Shown here piece after piece: positions 1-9,138 of a stretch of DNA of 64,000 nucleotides. The position numbers and the translations under genes are program-made. Source of the stretch: a virus; IMG/VR virus record IMGVR_UViG_3300037502_002506, positions 2,324-66,323 of that record. One strand, given 5' to 3'. The notes beneath the pieces are model-generated. The model saw nothing but the letters and a program-made list of their open reading frames with translations. It did not search any database and was not told where the DNA came from. How positions within the stretch are numbered: the stretch's first letter is position 1; every line of letters starts with the position of its first letter.

Positions 1-1
1 G

Positions 2-376
2 TACACTAAAATTAGAAGCATCAGTATTTCCAACATATGAAGGATCTACAATATCTGCAATAGGAATATAACAATAATTTTGTGTTGTAAAGTCTATGCT
101 TGTATTTTTAACATAAGTGTTTGGAATTAATTTTGTAAGTGTTTGCCATTGTAATGTTCCTAATGCCTCAACATATTGATAAATCATTAAATATTCGTCA
201 TCTGTTGTAAGAAGGTTTATGTAAAGGTCAAATACATTTGGAGTCTGTCCAATATCTACAAGATCTGGTTTTCCATTACCAGCATAGATTCTGCTTCCAC
301 GATCACCTTGTGGCCCAAAATCAACTTCTACTTCAACTATTTCTGGTCCGCCAAGAACTAATATATCTTCTGCCAT
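2..376 (-). CDS. Probable virion structural protein, runs off window edge
   Basis: ATG at 376, MAEDILVLGGPEIVEVEVDFGPQGDRGS...; co-oriented with collagen-like genes. Confidence 0.6.
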   Translation of the reverse strand, partial: MAEDILVLGGPEIVEVEVDFGPQGDRGSRIYAGNGKPDLVDIGQTPNVFDLYINLLTTDDEYLMIYQYVEALGTLQWQTLTKLIPNTYVKNTSIDFTTQNYCYIPIADIVDPSYVGNTDASNFSV

Positions 377-378
377 AT

Positions 379-798
379 TTATCCTAGATTTGAAGAACTT
401 GTAACTTGATCAATTATAGTTATAGTTCCTGTCATTAAAGTAACAATCATTGGATAGTCTCCACCATTTGCTGGCTTACTTACTTGAACATCATAAACAT
501 AAGTTTTTGCTGGATCTAAATACTGAGAATCGCCTGGTCTTATTGCACACGTTACATAAGTTTTATCATCAGAAATTTTTGCATAACACTTGTGATACCC
601 AGGAGCAGAATCTCCACCTCTGGCTTCTGCAAATGCAAAAACAGCACTGTCAAAATTAGCAGTTAATTGATTGTTATCGTGATCATAAACGAATGGAGAT
701 AAAGAATAAACGCTTCCATCTGATGCTTTAGGATAGACACGAAACTCATAGGTGTCACCCTTATAATAGTTAATATTGTATGTACCTGGAAATGCCAT
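379..798 (-). CDS. Virion structural protein, BppU-like beta domain
   Basis: YKGDTYEF...YVYDVQV...GTITI pattern; GAGGAGG SD. Confidence 0.55.
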   Translation of the reverse strand: MAFPGTYNINYYKGDTYEFRVYPKASDGSVYSLSPFVYDHDNNQLTANFDSAVFAFAEARGGDSAPGYHKCYAKISDDKTYVTCAIRPGDSQYLDPAKTYVYDVQVSKPANGGDYPMIVTLMTGTITIIDQVTSSSNLG

Positions 799-814
799 AG
801 TTCCTCCTCGTAAA

Positions 815-1534
815 TTATATCACAGACACGTATATAGAATTCATTATTACGGATGAGTCATAATCAGTTCTAATTTGAGGTACCGCTCCAGAATTCCACA
901 TAGCATTATCTTCTATAAAAAAATGTTGTGTTACGTACATATTATAAACATACTGATATTTTAATGATGCTACAAACTGCGAAATCTCGGTGGTAGATTT
1001 AGGAAAGAACGTTCTTATCCAAATTTCAGTATTGTTATAGTTTGTAGTAAGTTCAAAATTATAAGTAACAAATACTTGGGATCCTAATTTTAAACCTTTA
1101 AAATTTAACATTCTTTGCTCTTTATTCCAAAGGCTTACAGATCCTTCTGGCAGATATTTTTCATTTGTATTAGATCCTTGACCATCTACCCAAACATTTA
1201 CCCAACCATCGTCTCCATAATTAACGCCAAGATTTGTTGGTCTTCTATTATTATTAAAATATGATGCCCATCCCGCTTGCTGTCCAGACGAAGACAAAGA
1301 ACTTAAGCCGTCTTTGCCAGGTGTGCCTCTATCGCCTTTAGGACCCTGAATCCCGTCTTTTCCTGCAGGCCCTTGAGGTCCAGGTACCCCTTCAGGTCCC
1401 TGTGGTCCCATCGGGCCAGGAACAGGAACATAATTAATTAAAACATCAGTGTTGGTAGTCTGAGTTTCTACAACTTGTGCAGCATAACTAGATTTTTTGC
1501 TTGAAGGAAAGTCCATGGATTTTGAGACTGCCAT
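815..1534 (-). CDS. Collagen-like (G-X-Y) tail/virion protein
   Basis: GPMGPQGPEGVPGPQGPAGKDG repeat. Confidence 0.7.
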   Translation of the reverse strand: MAVSKSMDFPSSKKSSYAAQVVETQTTNTDVLINYVPVPGPMGPQGPEGVPGPQGPAGKDGIQGPKGDRGTPGKDGLSSLSSSGQQAGWASYFNNNRRPTNLGVNYGDDGWVNVWVDGQGSNTNEKYLPEGSVSLWNKEQRMLNFKGLKLGSQVFVTYNFELTTNYNNTEIWIRTFFPKSTTEISQFVASLKYQYVYNMYVTQHFFIEDNAMWNSGAVPQIRTDYDSSVIMNSIYVSVI

Positions 1535-1543
1535 GGATTAATC

Positions 1544-2137
1544 CTATAGATCTCCGACTTTATTTACTGTCAAAATAATCGACGGTATAGAAGGAACTCC
1601 AACTGGAGTAACAGCGTCAGTAACTGCACCAATAGAAACGTTTGTAGATGCTGTATACCACATTAACTGAAAGTCTTGTGGAAGTGTATTACAATCAACA
1701 AAGAAGTTCCATGCAGCAACGCTATATGTTGTATTATTTGCCATATGAATTATTGTTGCGGTATCTGGAACATCCACCCCATTATGTCTTAACCAAATAT
1801 AAATCTCTGCAGAGGATCCACCTGTTTTTTGTAATTGTGCAGAGAATGCAATATTATAAATTCCAAGGTTTGCCATTGTAATATGTGATCCATCTACAAT
1901 AGAAACTCCGTTGCTTACATCTGTTGAGTTTAATTCAAATGGTCTAATTGATCCGCCAGTTTGTATTGTTGTATCAAAAAATGATCCAAATTTTAAATTT
2001 GTAATTGATCCAGGTTCTCCTTGTGGGCCAGGTTCTCCTTGTGGACCCTGTAGTCCTTGTGGTCCTTGTGGTCCTTGTGGTCCTTGTTCTCCTGGAACTG
2101 ATGCTCCTGGCATCGGGACTATCTTAATAACTGCCAT
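1544..2137 (-). CDS. Collagen-like tail/virion protein
   Basis: GPQ repeats; start reassigned to MAVIKIVP at 2137 behind AGGAGG. Confidence 0.7.
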   Translation of the reverse strand: MAVIKIVPMPGASVPGEQGPQGPQGPQGLQGPQGEPGPQGEPGSITNLKFGSFFDTTIQTGGSIRPFELNSTDVSNGVSIVDGSHITMANLGIYNIAFSAQLQKTGGSSAEIYIWLRHNGVDVPDTATIIHMANNTTYSVAAWNFFVDCNTLPQDFQLMWYTASTNVSIGAVTDAVTPVGVPSIPSIILTVNKVGDL

Positions 2138-2523
2138 TATAAACTTCCTCCTGGTGAAACATCTCCAATAACATATATTGTTCCTACTACTGGAGTCCAA
2201 ACTAAATCATCAACAATTACCTGAACGTCAAATAATAACTCTGCAACAGTTGATTTATATCCAGTTCCCCAGTTTTCTGTTGTTTCTGGTTCTGCTGTTA
2301 TATCTACATATCCATCAAATGCGTTACAATTTAAAGAATCTAGTACATCTCCAAATTGATCGTACGCTGTACACTTATATGTCCAATTTTCTGTATCGTA
2401 ATATGTTACTTCGTCGTCTTGATAAAATTCAACACGTAATGTTGCTGTATCTCCACGAACTACTCTCCATTGTATAGTAACTGGATCAGCACCAAAAATT
2501 TCGGGAGCACAAGAATTTGCCAT
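2137..2523 (-). CDS. Virion structural protein, BppU-like
   Basis: VRGDT...FDVQV...GTIYV pattern, similar to 379..798. Confidence 0.5.
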   Translation of the reverse strand: MANSCAPEIFGADPVTIQWRVVRGDTATLRVEFYQDDEVTYYDTENWTYKCTAYDQFGDVLDSLNCNAFDGYVDITAEPETTENWGTGYKSTVAELLFDVQVIVDDLVWTPVVGTIYVIGDVSPGGSL

Positions 2524-2802
2524 AATAACAGATTATACCATGAAAAATGGACTTGCTCCAAAGTCGGTGGGTATGAGAGACAGACCAAGGAGCAAGCAAT
2601 TAAAATTATATCATAACGGATAAAACGGACAAATGGTAATTATAGTTTTTGAACTATAAAATCTTTATGGTATAGTGTTTATAGGGTTTGTGGGGGCTTT
2701 GCACTGAGAGATAATACTCACTTCTCAACATCAGATTGCTATATAAAAATCTATGGGGGGAGGGGGGGCTTTCCCTAAAAGATAATACTTATATTATATA
2801 TA

Positions 2803-3087
2803 TTACTTTTTATTAGAAATATAATCAATAAGAATTACATACATCTTATCGAGTTTTTTATCCATATCTCTTCTAACCATATCTGCTTCATTTTGACGCT
2901 CTTTGATATCGTACATTTCTTTTTTTATGTCTTTGATTTCATCTCTCATTGAAGATCCAGAATTTGGTTTTAATTCAGACAAATAATGTTTAACCATCCA
3001 CTTGATTCCATAAGCAATACCTGATAGAATAGTACAGATGCCTATTATTATTTCAATTACTAGAGCGGTTCCTTCTGTAGCAAACAT
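2803..3087 (-). CDS. Membrane protein with coiled-coil C-terminus (holin-like)
   Basis: One hydrophobic segment then a charged coiled coil; start uncertain. Confidence 0.4.
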   Translation of the reverse strand: MFATEGTALVIEIIIGICTILSGIAYGIKWMVKHYLSELKPNSGSSMRDEIKDIKKEMYDIKERQNEADMVRRDMDKKLDKMYVILIDYISNKK

Positions 3088-3119
3088 AACGAGTATATTA
3101 TAAAGGGAATTTTTAAAAA

Positions 3120-3887
3120 ATGAAAACTGAGATACTTCAAACACTAGAGCATTCTACAAATTTAATAATATCCCCAGATATGGATGGTTTTGTTTCGGCG
3201 CAGTTATTGAATCGTTACAACGGAGCAAAAATTGTCGGCACGTATGACAAGAATATTCTTTGTCTTTCGAACGGAATTAGTCCTAGAGATTGTTTGTTTG
3301 TCGATTGCGATATAAATCATCCAGATTATGTTTCAATAGGCAATCATATGCGTTTAGCAAATGACAATATGTCGTCGAAAAGTTTTAACCCCAATATTCA
3401 CTTCGGCATAACTAAGTACAGCGACAAGTTTCCATTCGCAACCGCTTATTTAATTGCGTTCGCAACAGGAATTCAAACATCGGCGACAGAGATGATACGC
3501 ATGGCATACGCTGACTCTACTCTACGCAATATGGATAATTACAGCGACAACATGCGAACATGGTCTGATAGGATGGTTTGTCCTGCAGTAGAGTATGTTA
3601 TTTATGAAACCGAAGATGCCAGAAAAATTGACGACGGTATACGAATCAAATATCCAAACCAATCCTTTACGTCAAAGAGATATGGCAAAGATCGGTATAT
3701 ACAAACCCTTAATGAGGCTTTCGTCCAAGAGAAGGTTTCACATGAAACATTAACACATGGATATAAATATCAAACCGATAAAGTTGGTTTGACCACCACC
3801 AAGAAATATATGTGTGATATTTTCTCATATGCTGAAGTATATTCAGGAGAATATTCTGTTACGTATTATGATATGATGGATTGGTGA
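3120..3887 (+). CDS. DHH-like phosphoesterase
   Basis: IISPDMDG resembles DHH motif I; FVDCD and GNH downstream. Confidence 0.45.
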   Translation: MKTEILQTLEHSTNLIISPDMDGFVSAQLLNRYNGAKIVGTYDKNILCLSNGISPRDCLFVDCDINHPDYVSIGNHMRLANDNMSSKSFNPNIHFGITKYSDKFPFATAYLIAFATGIQTSATEMIRMAYADSTLRNMDNYSDNMRTWSDRMVCPAVEYVIYETEDARKIDDGIRIKYPNQSFTSKRYGKDRYIQTLNEAFVQEKVSHETLTHGYKYQTDKVGLTTTKKYMCDIFSYAEVYSGEYSVTYYDMMDW

Positions 3888-4084
3888 GAGATGATGTTAA
3901 GTTTACGGATTTATTTGATCCTAATCAGCCAAGAAGTGATAGGGCCTTAATTGAATCCCGCCTCGAAATATGCAATTCGTGTGAATGGTTTAACAAGCGT
4001 ATGGTAAAATGTAAGAAGTGTGGTTGTTTTATGAAATTGAAGTCAACCTTAAAACAAGCAAAATGTCCGATAGGAAAGTGGTAA
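3881..4084 (+). CDS. Small Cys-rich protein
   Basis: CxxC...CxxCGC...CPxGKW. Confidence 0.6.
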   Translation: MVRDDVKFTDLFDPNQPRSDRALIESRLEICNSCEWFNKRMVKCKKCGCFMKLKSTLKQAKCPIGKW

Positions 4085-4085
4085 T

Positions 4086-4277
4086 ATGAAAAAAGAAGAA
4101 GTTGTAGAGATTATGATTTATACCGTCAATAATTACAATATTGAAGGTGCCGAGAGGGCTGGTTTAAACCATGAACAAATTCAAAACATGTTAGATACTA
4201 GCAGGCCAGGATTAGAGTATATGTTTAATAGGATTTATGATGATCTTGTTAAAAAGGGTGCTCTTACGGCTGAGTAG
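4086..4277 (+). CDS. Hypothetical protein
   Basis: ORF packed against upstream gene. Confidence 0.55.
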   Translation: MKKEEVVEIMIYTVNNYNIEGAERAGLNHEQIQNMLDTSRPGLEYMFNRIYDDLVKKGALTAE

Positions 4278-4479
4278 GTTTACAAGAACAGTTTGAGCAA
4301 CATTGTTCTTTGAAGATTTTTAATGCCAAACCATCGTTTTCTGGTCTGCCTAGATCTTCCCAAAACTTTTCTCTACCCATAGCATCTGTTTCTGGTATAA
4401 CTGATGATTCATAGTTAGGGGATATACCACTTTTACACCAATCGAGATTTTGATCCCCCGCATTTTTTAGGTTTTCCAT
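4264..4479 (-). CDS. Hypothetical protein
   Basis: ATG 6 nt after TATAAT (4486-4491, -). Confidence 0.5.
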   Translation of the reverse strand: MENLKNAGDQNLDWCKSGISPNYESSVIPETDAMGREKFWEDLGRPENDGLALKIFKEQCCSNCSCKPTQP

Positions 4480-4649
4480 ATATTGATTATACACTAAATC
4501 TGAAAAATTTTTTAAAAACCATTTTTATGAAAATCTGAATATTTTTCAAAGATGCATGATACATAAATAATAAAAATAAAAGCAAAAAAATAGTGAGCAC
4601 ATAATGAAGGATCAGAGTTATGCGCTCACTACTGGGGCAAGTTTTTATT

Positions 4650-4841
4650 CTATTCCGCACCCTGCCTTTTTCCAAATAGCCACCCATGATGTATTCCAAT
4701 GAGAGGTGCGTCAATATTTACCGCAATACCTACTGGAAGTGATGTTGAAAATGTAGAAATAAAAGTTTCTACTGTTTCTTTGTTAGGGAGATTTATTGTC
4801 TTACTCTCTCCGTTAGTTGTTGTTAGTTTTACTGGTATCAT
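4650..4841 (-). CDS. Hypothetical early protein
   Basis: AGGAG SD, ORF. Confidence 0.6.
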   Translation of the reverse strand: MIPVKLTTTNGESKTINLPNKETVETFISTFSTSLPVGIAVNIDAPLIGIHHGWLFGKRQGAE

Positions 4842-4956
4842 TTTTATTTTCTCCTAATTGTATTTTATCATAATGTGAGCGGTCATAGTTAGCAAGTGTT
4901 CCACCATTAGCAAGGTGAGCCTTTCTGCGTAGTTGTTCTGCTGAGTAGTTAGCCAT
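4813..4956 (-). CDS. Small hypothetical protein (47 aa), below ORF-track cutoff
   Basis: MANYSAEQLRRKAHL...; overlaps neighbours. Confidence 0.5.
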   Translation of the reverse strand: MANYSAEQLRRKAHLANGGTLANYDRSHYDKIQLGENKNDTSKTNNN

Positions 4957-5068
4957 TTGCTACACACTCGCAAGGTTCAATGCTGTAATCGTATCTATCA
5001 CCATAGAATACATAACCTTTTCCGTAGCATGATGAGCATTTGATTTCTATTGTTTTGTATAGTTTCAT
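4949..5068 (-). CDS. Small Zn-finger protein (39 aa)
   Basis: CSSCYGKG...CEC; GAAAGGA SD and own promoter. Confidence 0.65.
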   Translation of the reverse strand: MKLYKTIEIKCSSCYGKGYVFYGDRYDYSIEPCECVANG

Positions 5069-5117
5069 TTATTTATCCTTTCAATAATGTAAGTCTATCA
5101 GGTAGCACTGACAAGGA

Positions 5118-5294
5118 CTAGCCTTGCCAATGTTGAGAGTCATCACCCTCATCTACTCTAACAGTTTCGATAGTGTAGCCCCAACGGACTAGGCTATCTA
5201 GCAAGTCATTTATTTGATACTCGCTAACCATGAGGCGATTTACTACCTCTACTAGTGTGCCGTCTTTTTCGGCTGTGTAACTAAGTGTTTTCAT
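5118..5294 (-). CDS. Small hypothetical protein (58 aa)
   Basis: MKTLSYTAEKDG...; AGAAAGGA SD and promoter. Confidence 0.65.
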   Translation of the reverse strand: MKTLSYTAEKDGTLVEVVNRLMVSEYQINDLLDSLVRWGYTIETVRVDEGDDSQHWQG

Positions 5295-5383
5295 TTAGTT
5301 ATCCTTTCTATTTAGTAATCTTATCCTATACCCTGCCACTGACATTTTGGGGTGTCTGTGGGGTGTGTCCCCTGTGATTTATA

Positions 5384-5503
5384 TCACTTGCAATCGCACA
5401 CTTTGTGCTGCTTGTAGAATTGATGCCCACTCTTTGGGCAAGTTACATATTCACTAGGCTTGACTATCATATAGTCGTTTCTTGATTCGAAAATTGTGTT
5501 CAT
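5384..5503 (-). CDS. Small Cys/His protein (39 aa)
   Basis: MNTIFESRND...CPKSGH...CDCK; AGAAAGGA SD. Confidence 0.6.
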   Translation of the reverse strand: MNTIFESRNDYMIVKPSEYVTCPKSGHQFYKQHKVCDCK

Positions 5504-5588
5504 TTTCTTATCCTTTCTTTATTTTCTAATACTGGAAGTATAACAGAGGGGACTGACATTTTGACCCGTTTTTCGGGCGTGTCGTCCA

Positions 5589-5756
5589 TCAATTTTTGTG
5601 AGTTGCCTCACACTCTGGAGCACACTTAGATGGGAGGCTCCATAGGTACTTGAGGAGAGCCTTTCTCTCAGATAGTGAGATTTCAGGGTGATGTCCCTTG
5701 ACACCTCCATGCTGATACTCATAAACGATTTTTTCTAATGTTTTATTTGATAACAT
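5589..5756 (-). CDS. Small hypothetical protein (55 aa)
   Basis: MLSNKTLEKIVYEYQHGG...; AGAAAGGA SD. Confidence 0.6.
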   Translation of the reverse strand: MLSNKTLEKIVYEYQHGGVKGHHPEISLSERKALLKYLWSLPSKCAPECEATHKN

Positions 5757-5868
5757 AACTAAATATCCTTTCTAAAAATACAATAGTATCCTATCACAAA
5801 AATATCAAAAAGTCAAGTCCTAACACGGCGTGTCGTGTGTGAATTAGGTCACATTTTCTGCCTCGCTG

Positions 5869-5890
5869 CGACACGCCCGACAGCGTCGGC
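5869..5890 (+). repeat. 22-bp repeat CGACACGCCCGACAGCGTCGGC, copy 1
   Basis: Identical to 7417-7438; contains CCGAC-N3-GTCGG palindrome. Confidence 0.95.
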
Positions 5891-5977
5891 AAAATGTCCG
5901 TTTTGTCCACTTACGTACGATGTGATTTTTCTCACAAAAATATTTTACAAAATGTCCGATTTATCCGCATTTTAGAT

Positions 5978-6006
5978 TTGAGATTGTCAGACCCCTGTGC
6001 TAGACT
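5978..6006 (+). promoter_or_regulatory. Sigma-A-like early promoter with TGTCAG spacer element
   Basis: TTGAGA-17-TAGACT, extended -10 TG, TGTCAG 10 nt before -10. Confidence 0.75.
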
Positions 6007-6035
6007 TACAGCATTAGAAAGAAAGGAAAAATGAA

Positions 6036-6218
6036 ATGAAAACTCCAATGTCGCTTAGAGAAATTGAGGAATTAGGTTTCTCTCTTGAAAGTAAAATTTG
6101 CGTGTTCTGCTCTCAAATAGTAGATGAAAGAATTTGCCTAAATTGCGGTGAATATAAAGGTGTAATAAATATCGTCGAAGCCGTAGGATACTACGGAAAA
6201 GAAATTCTCGGATACTAG
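6036..6218 (+). CDS. Small Zn-ribbon protein
   Basis: CVFC...CLNC; AGAAAGGA SD. Confidence 0.65.
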   Translation: MKTPMSLREIEELGFSLESKICVFCSQIVDERICLNCGEYKGVINIVEAVGYYGKEILGY

Positions 6219-6233
6219 AAAGGAAAACCGAAA

Positions 6234-6380
6234 ATGAATTATCAAGAACTAAAAGAGGCTCAAGATAAACAACGAGCCAAAGAAATGGAAAGAATTCGTC
6301 TAATGAATGAAATGTCTTTCGCTAATCGTAATCCTCGCCCTCTAAATAATGCCTATGAGTTAGGGAAATTAGATCGCTAA
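6234..6380 (+). CDS. Small hypothetical protein (48 aa)
   Basis: MNYQELKEAQ...; AGAAAGGA SD. Confidence 0.6.
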   Translation: MNYQELKEAQDKQRAKEMERIRLMNEMSFANRNPRPLNNAYELGKLDR

Positions 6381-6417
6381 ATGTGATATACCCCACAAAA
6401 ATCAACGGCGTGTCGCC

Positions 6418-6446
6418 TTGATTTTGTCAGGGGAAAATGCTAAAAT
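6418..6446 (+). promoter_or_regulatory. Early promoter
   Basis: TTGATT-17-TAAAAT with TGTCAG; GGCGTGTCG and CRP-like box upstream. Confidence 0.75.
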
Positions 6447-6476
6447 TACAGAGTAATAAAATGAAAGAAGGTAAAA

Positions 6477-6674
6477 ATGAAAACTTATTCAATTCCAGAC
6501 CTGCTAATTGGTCAGACTTACTACCCTCGCTCTATGGCGAGAAAATACCAGTATGGTGAAATCAACTTCGCTGAAAAGCGTGAGGATATTTACCTAAGCG
6601 AAGGCTATGAGCCTTTCGCAATTCGTTTCAATGGCAACAAGTGGGCTACTGTTGCGGTTAGGGTGGCTGACTAA
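6477..6674 (+). CDS. Hypothetical early protein
   Basis: SD and promoter. Confidence 0.65.
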   Translation: MKTYSIPDLLIGQTYYPRSMARKYQYGEINFAEKREDIYLSEGYEPFAIRFNGNKWATVAVRVAD

Positions 6675-6790
6675 TGAAACTTCATGAATTTCAAGAATTA
6701 GTAAAAGCGCAACGCAAAGCGCAAGAATTGACAAACTTAGAGAAAATCGCTAAAATTGTATCAACAACGAAAGAAAAGGAAAATAACTAA
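6674..6790 (+). CDS. Small hypothetical protein (38 aa)
   Basis: TAATG coupling on both sides. Confidence 0.55.
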   Translation: MKLHEFQELVKAQRKAQELTNLEKIAKIVSTTKEKENN

Positions 6791-7047
6791 TGACTAACGC
6801 AACTTACACAGATTTCCCCTTCACAGTAAAGGGAATCAACTTCATCTCACGAGTTTATTCTCACTCAGAAATGCTAAAAACAATTCTTAGCCTGCCTGCG
6901 GGAATTTTTGAAACCATGAATCAGGAAGCAGTTTCCGAAATTATTGGTGACCCTTCATTGCTAACTAATGATGAACTATTGACAGAACTAGACAGAGTAA
7001 ATGAAGGCGGAACTCATGCCTTTATTTTGTTAGGAGAAAATAACTAA
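6790..7047 (+). CDS. Hypothetical early protein
   Basis: SD, TAATG coupling. Confidence 0.65.
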   Translation: MTNATYTDFPFTVKGINFISRVYSHSEMLKTILSLPAGIFETMNQEAVSEIIGDPSLLTNDELLTELDRVNEGGTHAFILLGENN

Positions 7048-7238
7048 TGACACTTTCTAAAACACACTTCAAGGCTATTGCTTCAATCCTCGCAGATGTA
7101 AAAGATGAAATTCATCCGCAAGTCTATGAGGATTTAGTAGAAGGCTTCTCAACTTATTTCGGAACTAAAAACGAATTATTTGATAAAGCAAAATTCGAAA
7201 CCGCTTGCGGTGTTGATGAGTTAGGAATTATCGCATGA
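7047..7238 (+). CDS. Hypothetical early protein
   Basis: KTHFKAIA...FDKAKFETAC, a common small phage protein pattern. Confidence 0.65.
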   Translation: MTLSKTHFKAIASILADVKDEIHPQVYEDLVEGFSTYFGTKNELFDKAKFETACGVDELGIIA

Positions 7239-7416
7239 GCAGATTTCTGACTACACTTGTTCAAATTTTTCTCATCGCTTCTATTTATTACACTATAAAA
7301 CTTGCGACAAAAGAAAACTAAATTCAAAACATGCGAGGTCTGCGGTAGAATTTTTGTCGCAGATCTAAAATGTTTTTTGTGCGCTGCTAAACAGTAGTTC
7401 AACTTTCAACTAATTC

Positions 7417-7438
7417 CGACACGCCCGACAGCGTCGGC
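7417..7438 (+). repeat. 22-bp repeat, copy 2
   Basis: Identical to 5869-5890. Confidence 0.95.
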
Positions 7439-7441
7439 CAC

Positions 7442-7461
7442 TTATCCACAGGATATCCACA
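7442..7461 (+). promoter_or_regulatory. Tandem DnaA boxes
   Basis: TTATCCACA 7442-7450 and ATATCCACA 7453-7461. Confidence 0.6.
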
Positions 7462-7569
7462 ATGTGAATTACGTTACAATAAAAAAAATTCCCGAATTAC
7501 GGCGTGTCGATTTGCTTTCCAGAAATATTTTTGATAGGCTTGAAGCCTGAAAATGAAAGAAGGTAAAAA

Positions 7570-7725
7570 ATGAAAAATATTCTAATCTCATATGTAATCG
7601 ATGCTGATACGGATAAAGAAGCGATTAGTCATCTAAAGGCTTTGCTTTATTTGTTGCCACAAGACTATGCGAAAAACTTTCAAGTTTTTGATATTTGTGA
7701 TGTAGATAACAGCGTTTTGGCTTGA
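7570..7725 (+). CDS. Small hypothetical protein (51 aa)
   Basis: MKNILISYVID...; SD and promoter. Confidence 0.55.
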   Translation: MKNILISYVIDADTDKEAISHLKALLYLLPQDYAKNFQVFDICDVDNSVLA

Positions 7726-7750
7726 AAATGTCAGTAGCCTATGATAGGCT
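7722..7750 (+). promoter_or_regulatory. Early promoter
   Basis: TTGAAA-17-TAGGCT with TGTCAG. Confidence 0.75.
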
Positions 7751-7777
7751 CAGAGTATTGAAAGAAAGGAAATAAAA

Positions 7778-7990
7778 ATGGATAAATTGGAATACGCACT
7801 ACGACAGATTGCTAATTGTAATCTATGCGAAGGCAAGGGTGTCTTTTACTTTGGTAGCGGAGACTACTATGACTTTGAGGATTGCGAGTGTAATACTTAT
7901 GGAATTATCTTTGATGAAACAGGCGAGGTAATTTTTGATAATGGACTACTAAGTGAGCCTGAACTACTAATGAGCGGAGAAGCACGATAA
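7778..7990 (+). CDS. Small Zn-finger protein
   Basis: CNLCEGKG...CEC; resembles 4949..5068. Confidence 0.65.
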   Translation: MDKLEYALRQIANCNLCEGKGVFYFGSGDYYDFEDCECNTYGIIFDETGEVIFDNGLLSEPELLMSGEAR

Positions 7991-8289
7991 TGGGAAGCAA
8001 CATGGCTAACGAAATGGCAAGCGGTGTATTAGATGATTTAGGAATACACCTAGACATTGAAACTCAGATAGGAATTCACTTATCTGCTAATCACTACCCT
8101 CCCGTACCCTCCAGCATGGTCAAGCCTTGTATTGAGGCTATTGACGCAGTAAATGATTTGGGACTATGGGACGCAGACATAGAATTGCCTGAAGGAATAT
8201 CGTGGCGAGGTAGCAATTATGCCCCTGCCCATGCTATTATTGAGGCACACCACCTAGAGGCTTGGCTTATTGAAAGAGAGGAATACTAA
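7990..8289 (+). CDS. Hypothetical early protein
   Basis: HLSANHYPPVP...HHL; coupled to upstream gene. Confidence 0.7.
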   Translation: MGSNMANEMASGVLDDLGIHLDIETQIGIHLSANHYPPVPSSMVKPCIEAIDAVNDLGLWDADIELPEGISWRGSNYAPAHAIIEAHHLEAWLIEREEY

Positions 8290-8290
8290 A

Positions 8291-8443
8291 ATGAATGGAT
8301 ATAAATTCAGAACTGCGCTTGCTAAAATCGCACCTGATTATCAGATAGATGAGGATAATGACGGACAGATAATTATCTACACTAATCTAAAAGATGACGG
8401 AAATGACAACTATATTGAATTTGACCTAGATGAGGAGAACTAA
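8291..8443 (+). CDS. Small acidic protein (50 aa)
   Basis: MNGYKFRTAL...; GAGG SD. Confidence 0.55.
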   Translation: MNGYKFRTALAKIAPDYQIDEDNDGQIIIYTNLKDDGNDNYIEFDLDEEN

Positions 8444-8445
8444 AA

Positions 8446-8655
8446 ATGGAATACACTTATGCGCTAACTACTTCCTATGACGGGGAACTAGTAAATACCC
8501 TGCGGGTTTCAGATTTACTTGAAGCCGTAAATGCGTGGGATAAATGCGTAGACTTTGGCGATGCTAAAGAATACGCAACCTATAACTTATCAGACCCACT
8601 AGGTAAAATGTATACAAAAACTTTTTACCGAAATGGTGAAGTGAGCATTCGCTAA
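8446..8655 (+). CDS. Hypothetical early protein
   Basis: GAGGAG SD. Confidence 0.65.
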   Translation: MEYTYALTTSYDGELVNTLRVSDLLEAVNAWDKCVDFGDAKEYATYNLSDPLGKMYTKTFYRNGEVSIR

Positions 8656-8883
8656 ATGTCTGATACAATGATGAGCATGGAATTGCGATTCGCTGATTAT
8701 CTTCTGCCAAACCAATTGGCGGAAGGTGATCTCATCAAACTTGAAAACCAGTATCTAACTGTAAAAGAAATTAGCGAAACTAAAGAAGGATACAATTTAG
8801 TTTTAGCAGATGACTTTGATGATGAAGAAGAATATTTTATTCTTGATGATACAAAAATTGAATGGTATGTTTTTGTAGAATAA
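8656..8883 (+). CDS. Hypothetical acidic protein
   Basis: ORF adjacent to upstream stop. Confidence 0.6.
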   Translation: MSDTMMSMELRFADYLLPNQLAEGDLIKLENQYLTVKEISETKEGYNLVLADDFDDEEEYFILDDTKIEWYVFVE

Positions 8884-9138
8884 AATCCCGAAAAAGCGGG
8901 CCGACCAATTTATACCAAATGTCCGTTTTACGTAGTTTACGTAGAATCTCCCAAAATTTGTGATTTTTATTTGTTTGTGATATTATTATTTTATGTTTAG
9001 AAAAAGCAAAGAAGAGTTGAGACGCATTCAAGAGTTGCGTAGATCCAATGCAGCCTCTGCCGTAAATAGCAAGCGTGTTTATACTAGACAAAGCAATAAA
9101 AAAATGATAGACTTATCAATGAAAGAAAGGGATGAGCA

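Noticed and set aside
5869-7438. 22-bp repeat as CRISPR repeat or att sites
   Set aside because: Only two copies 1.5 kb apart with genes between them; no integrase in the window.
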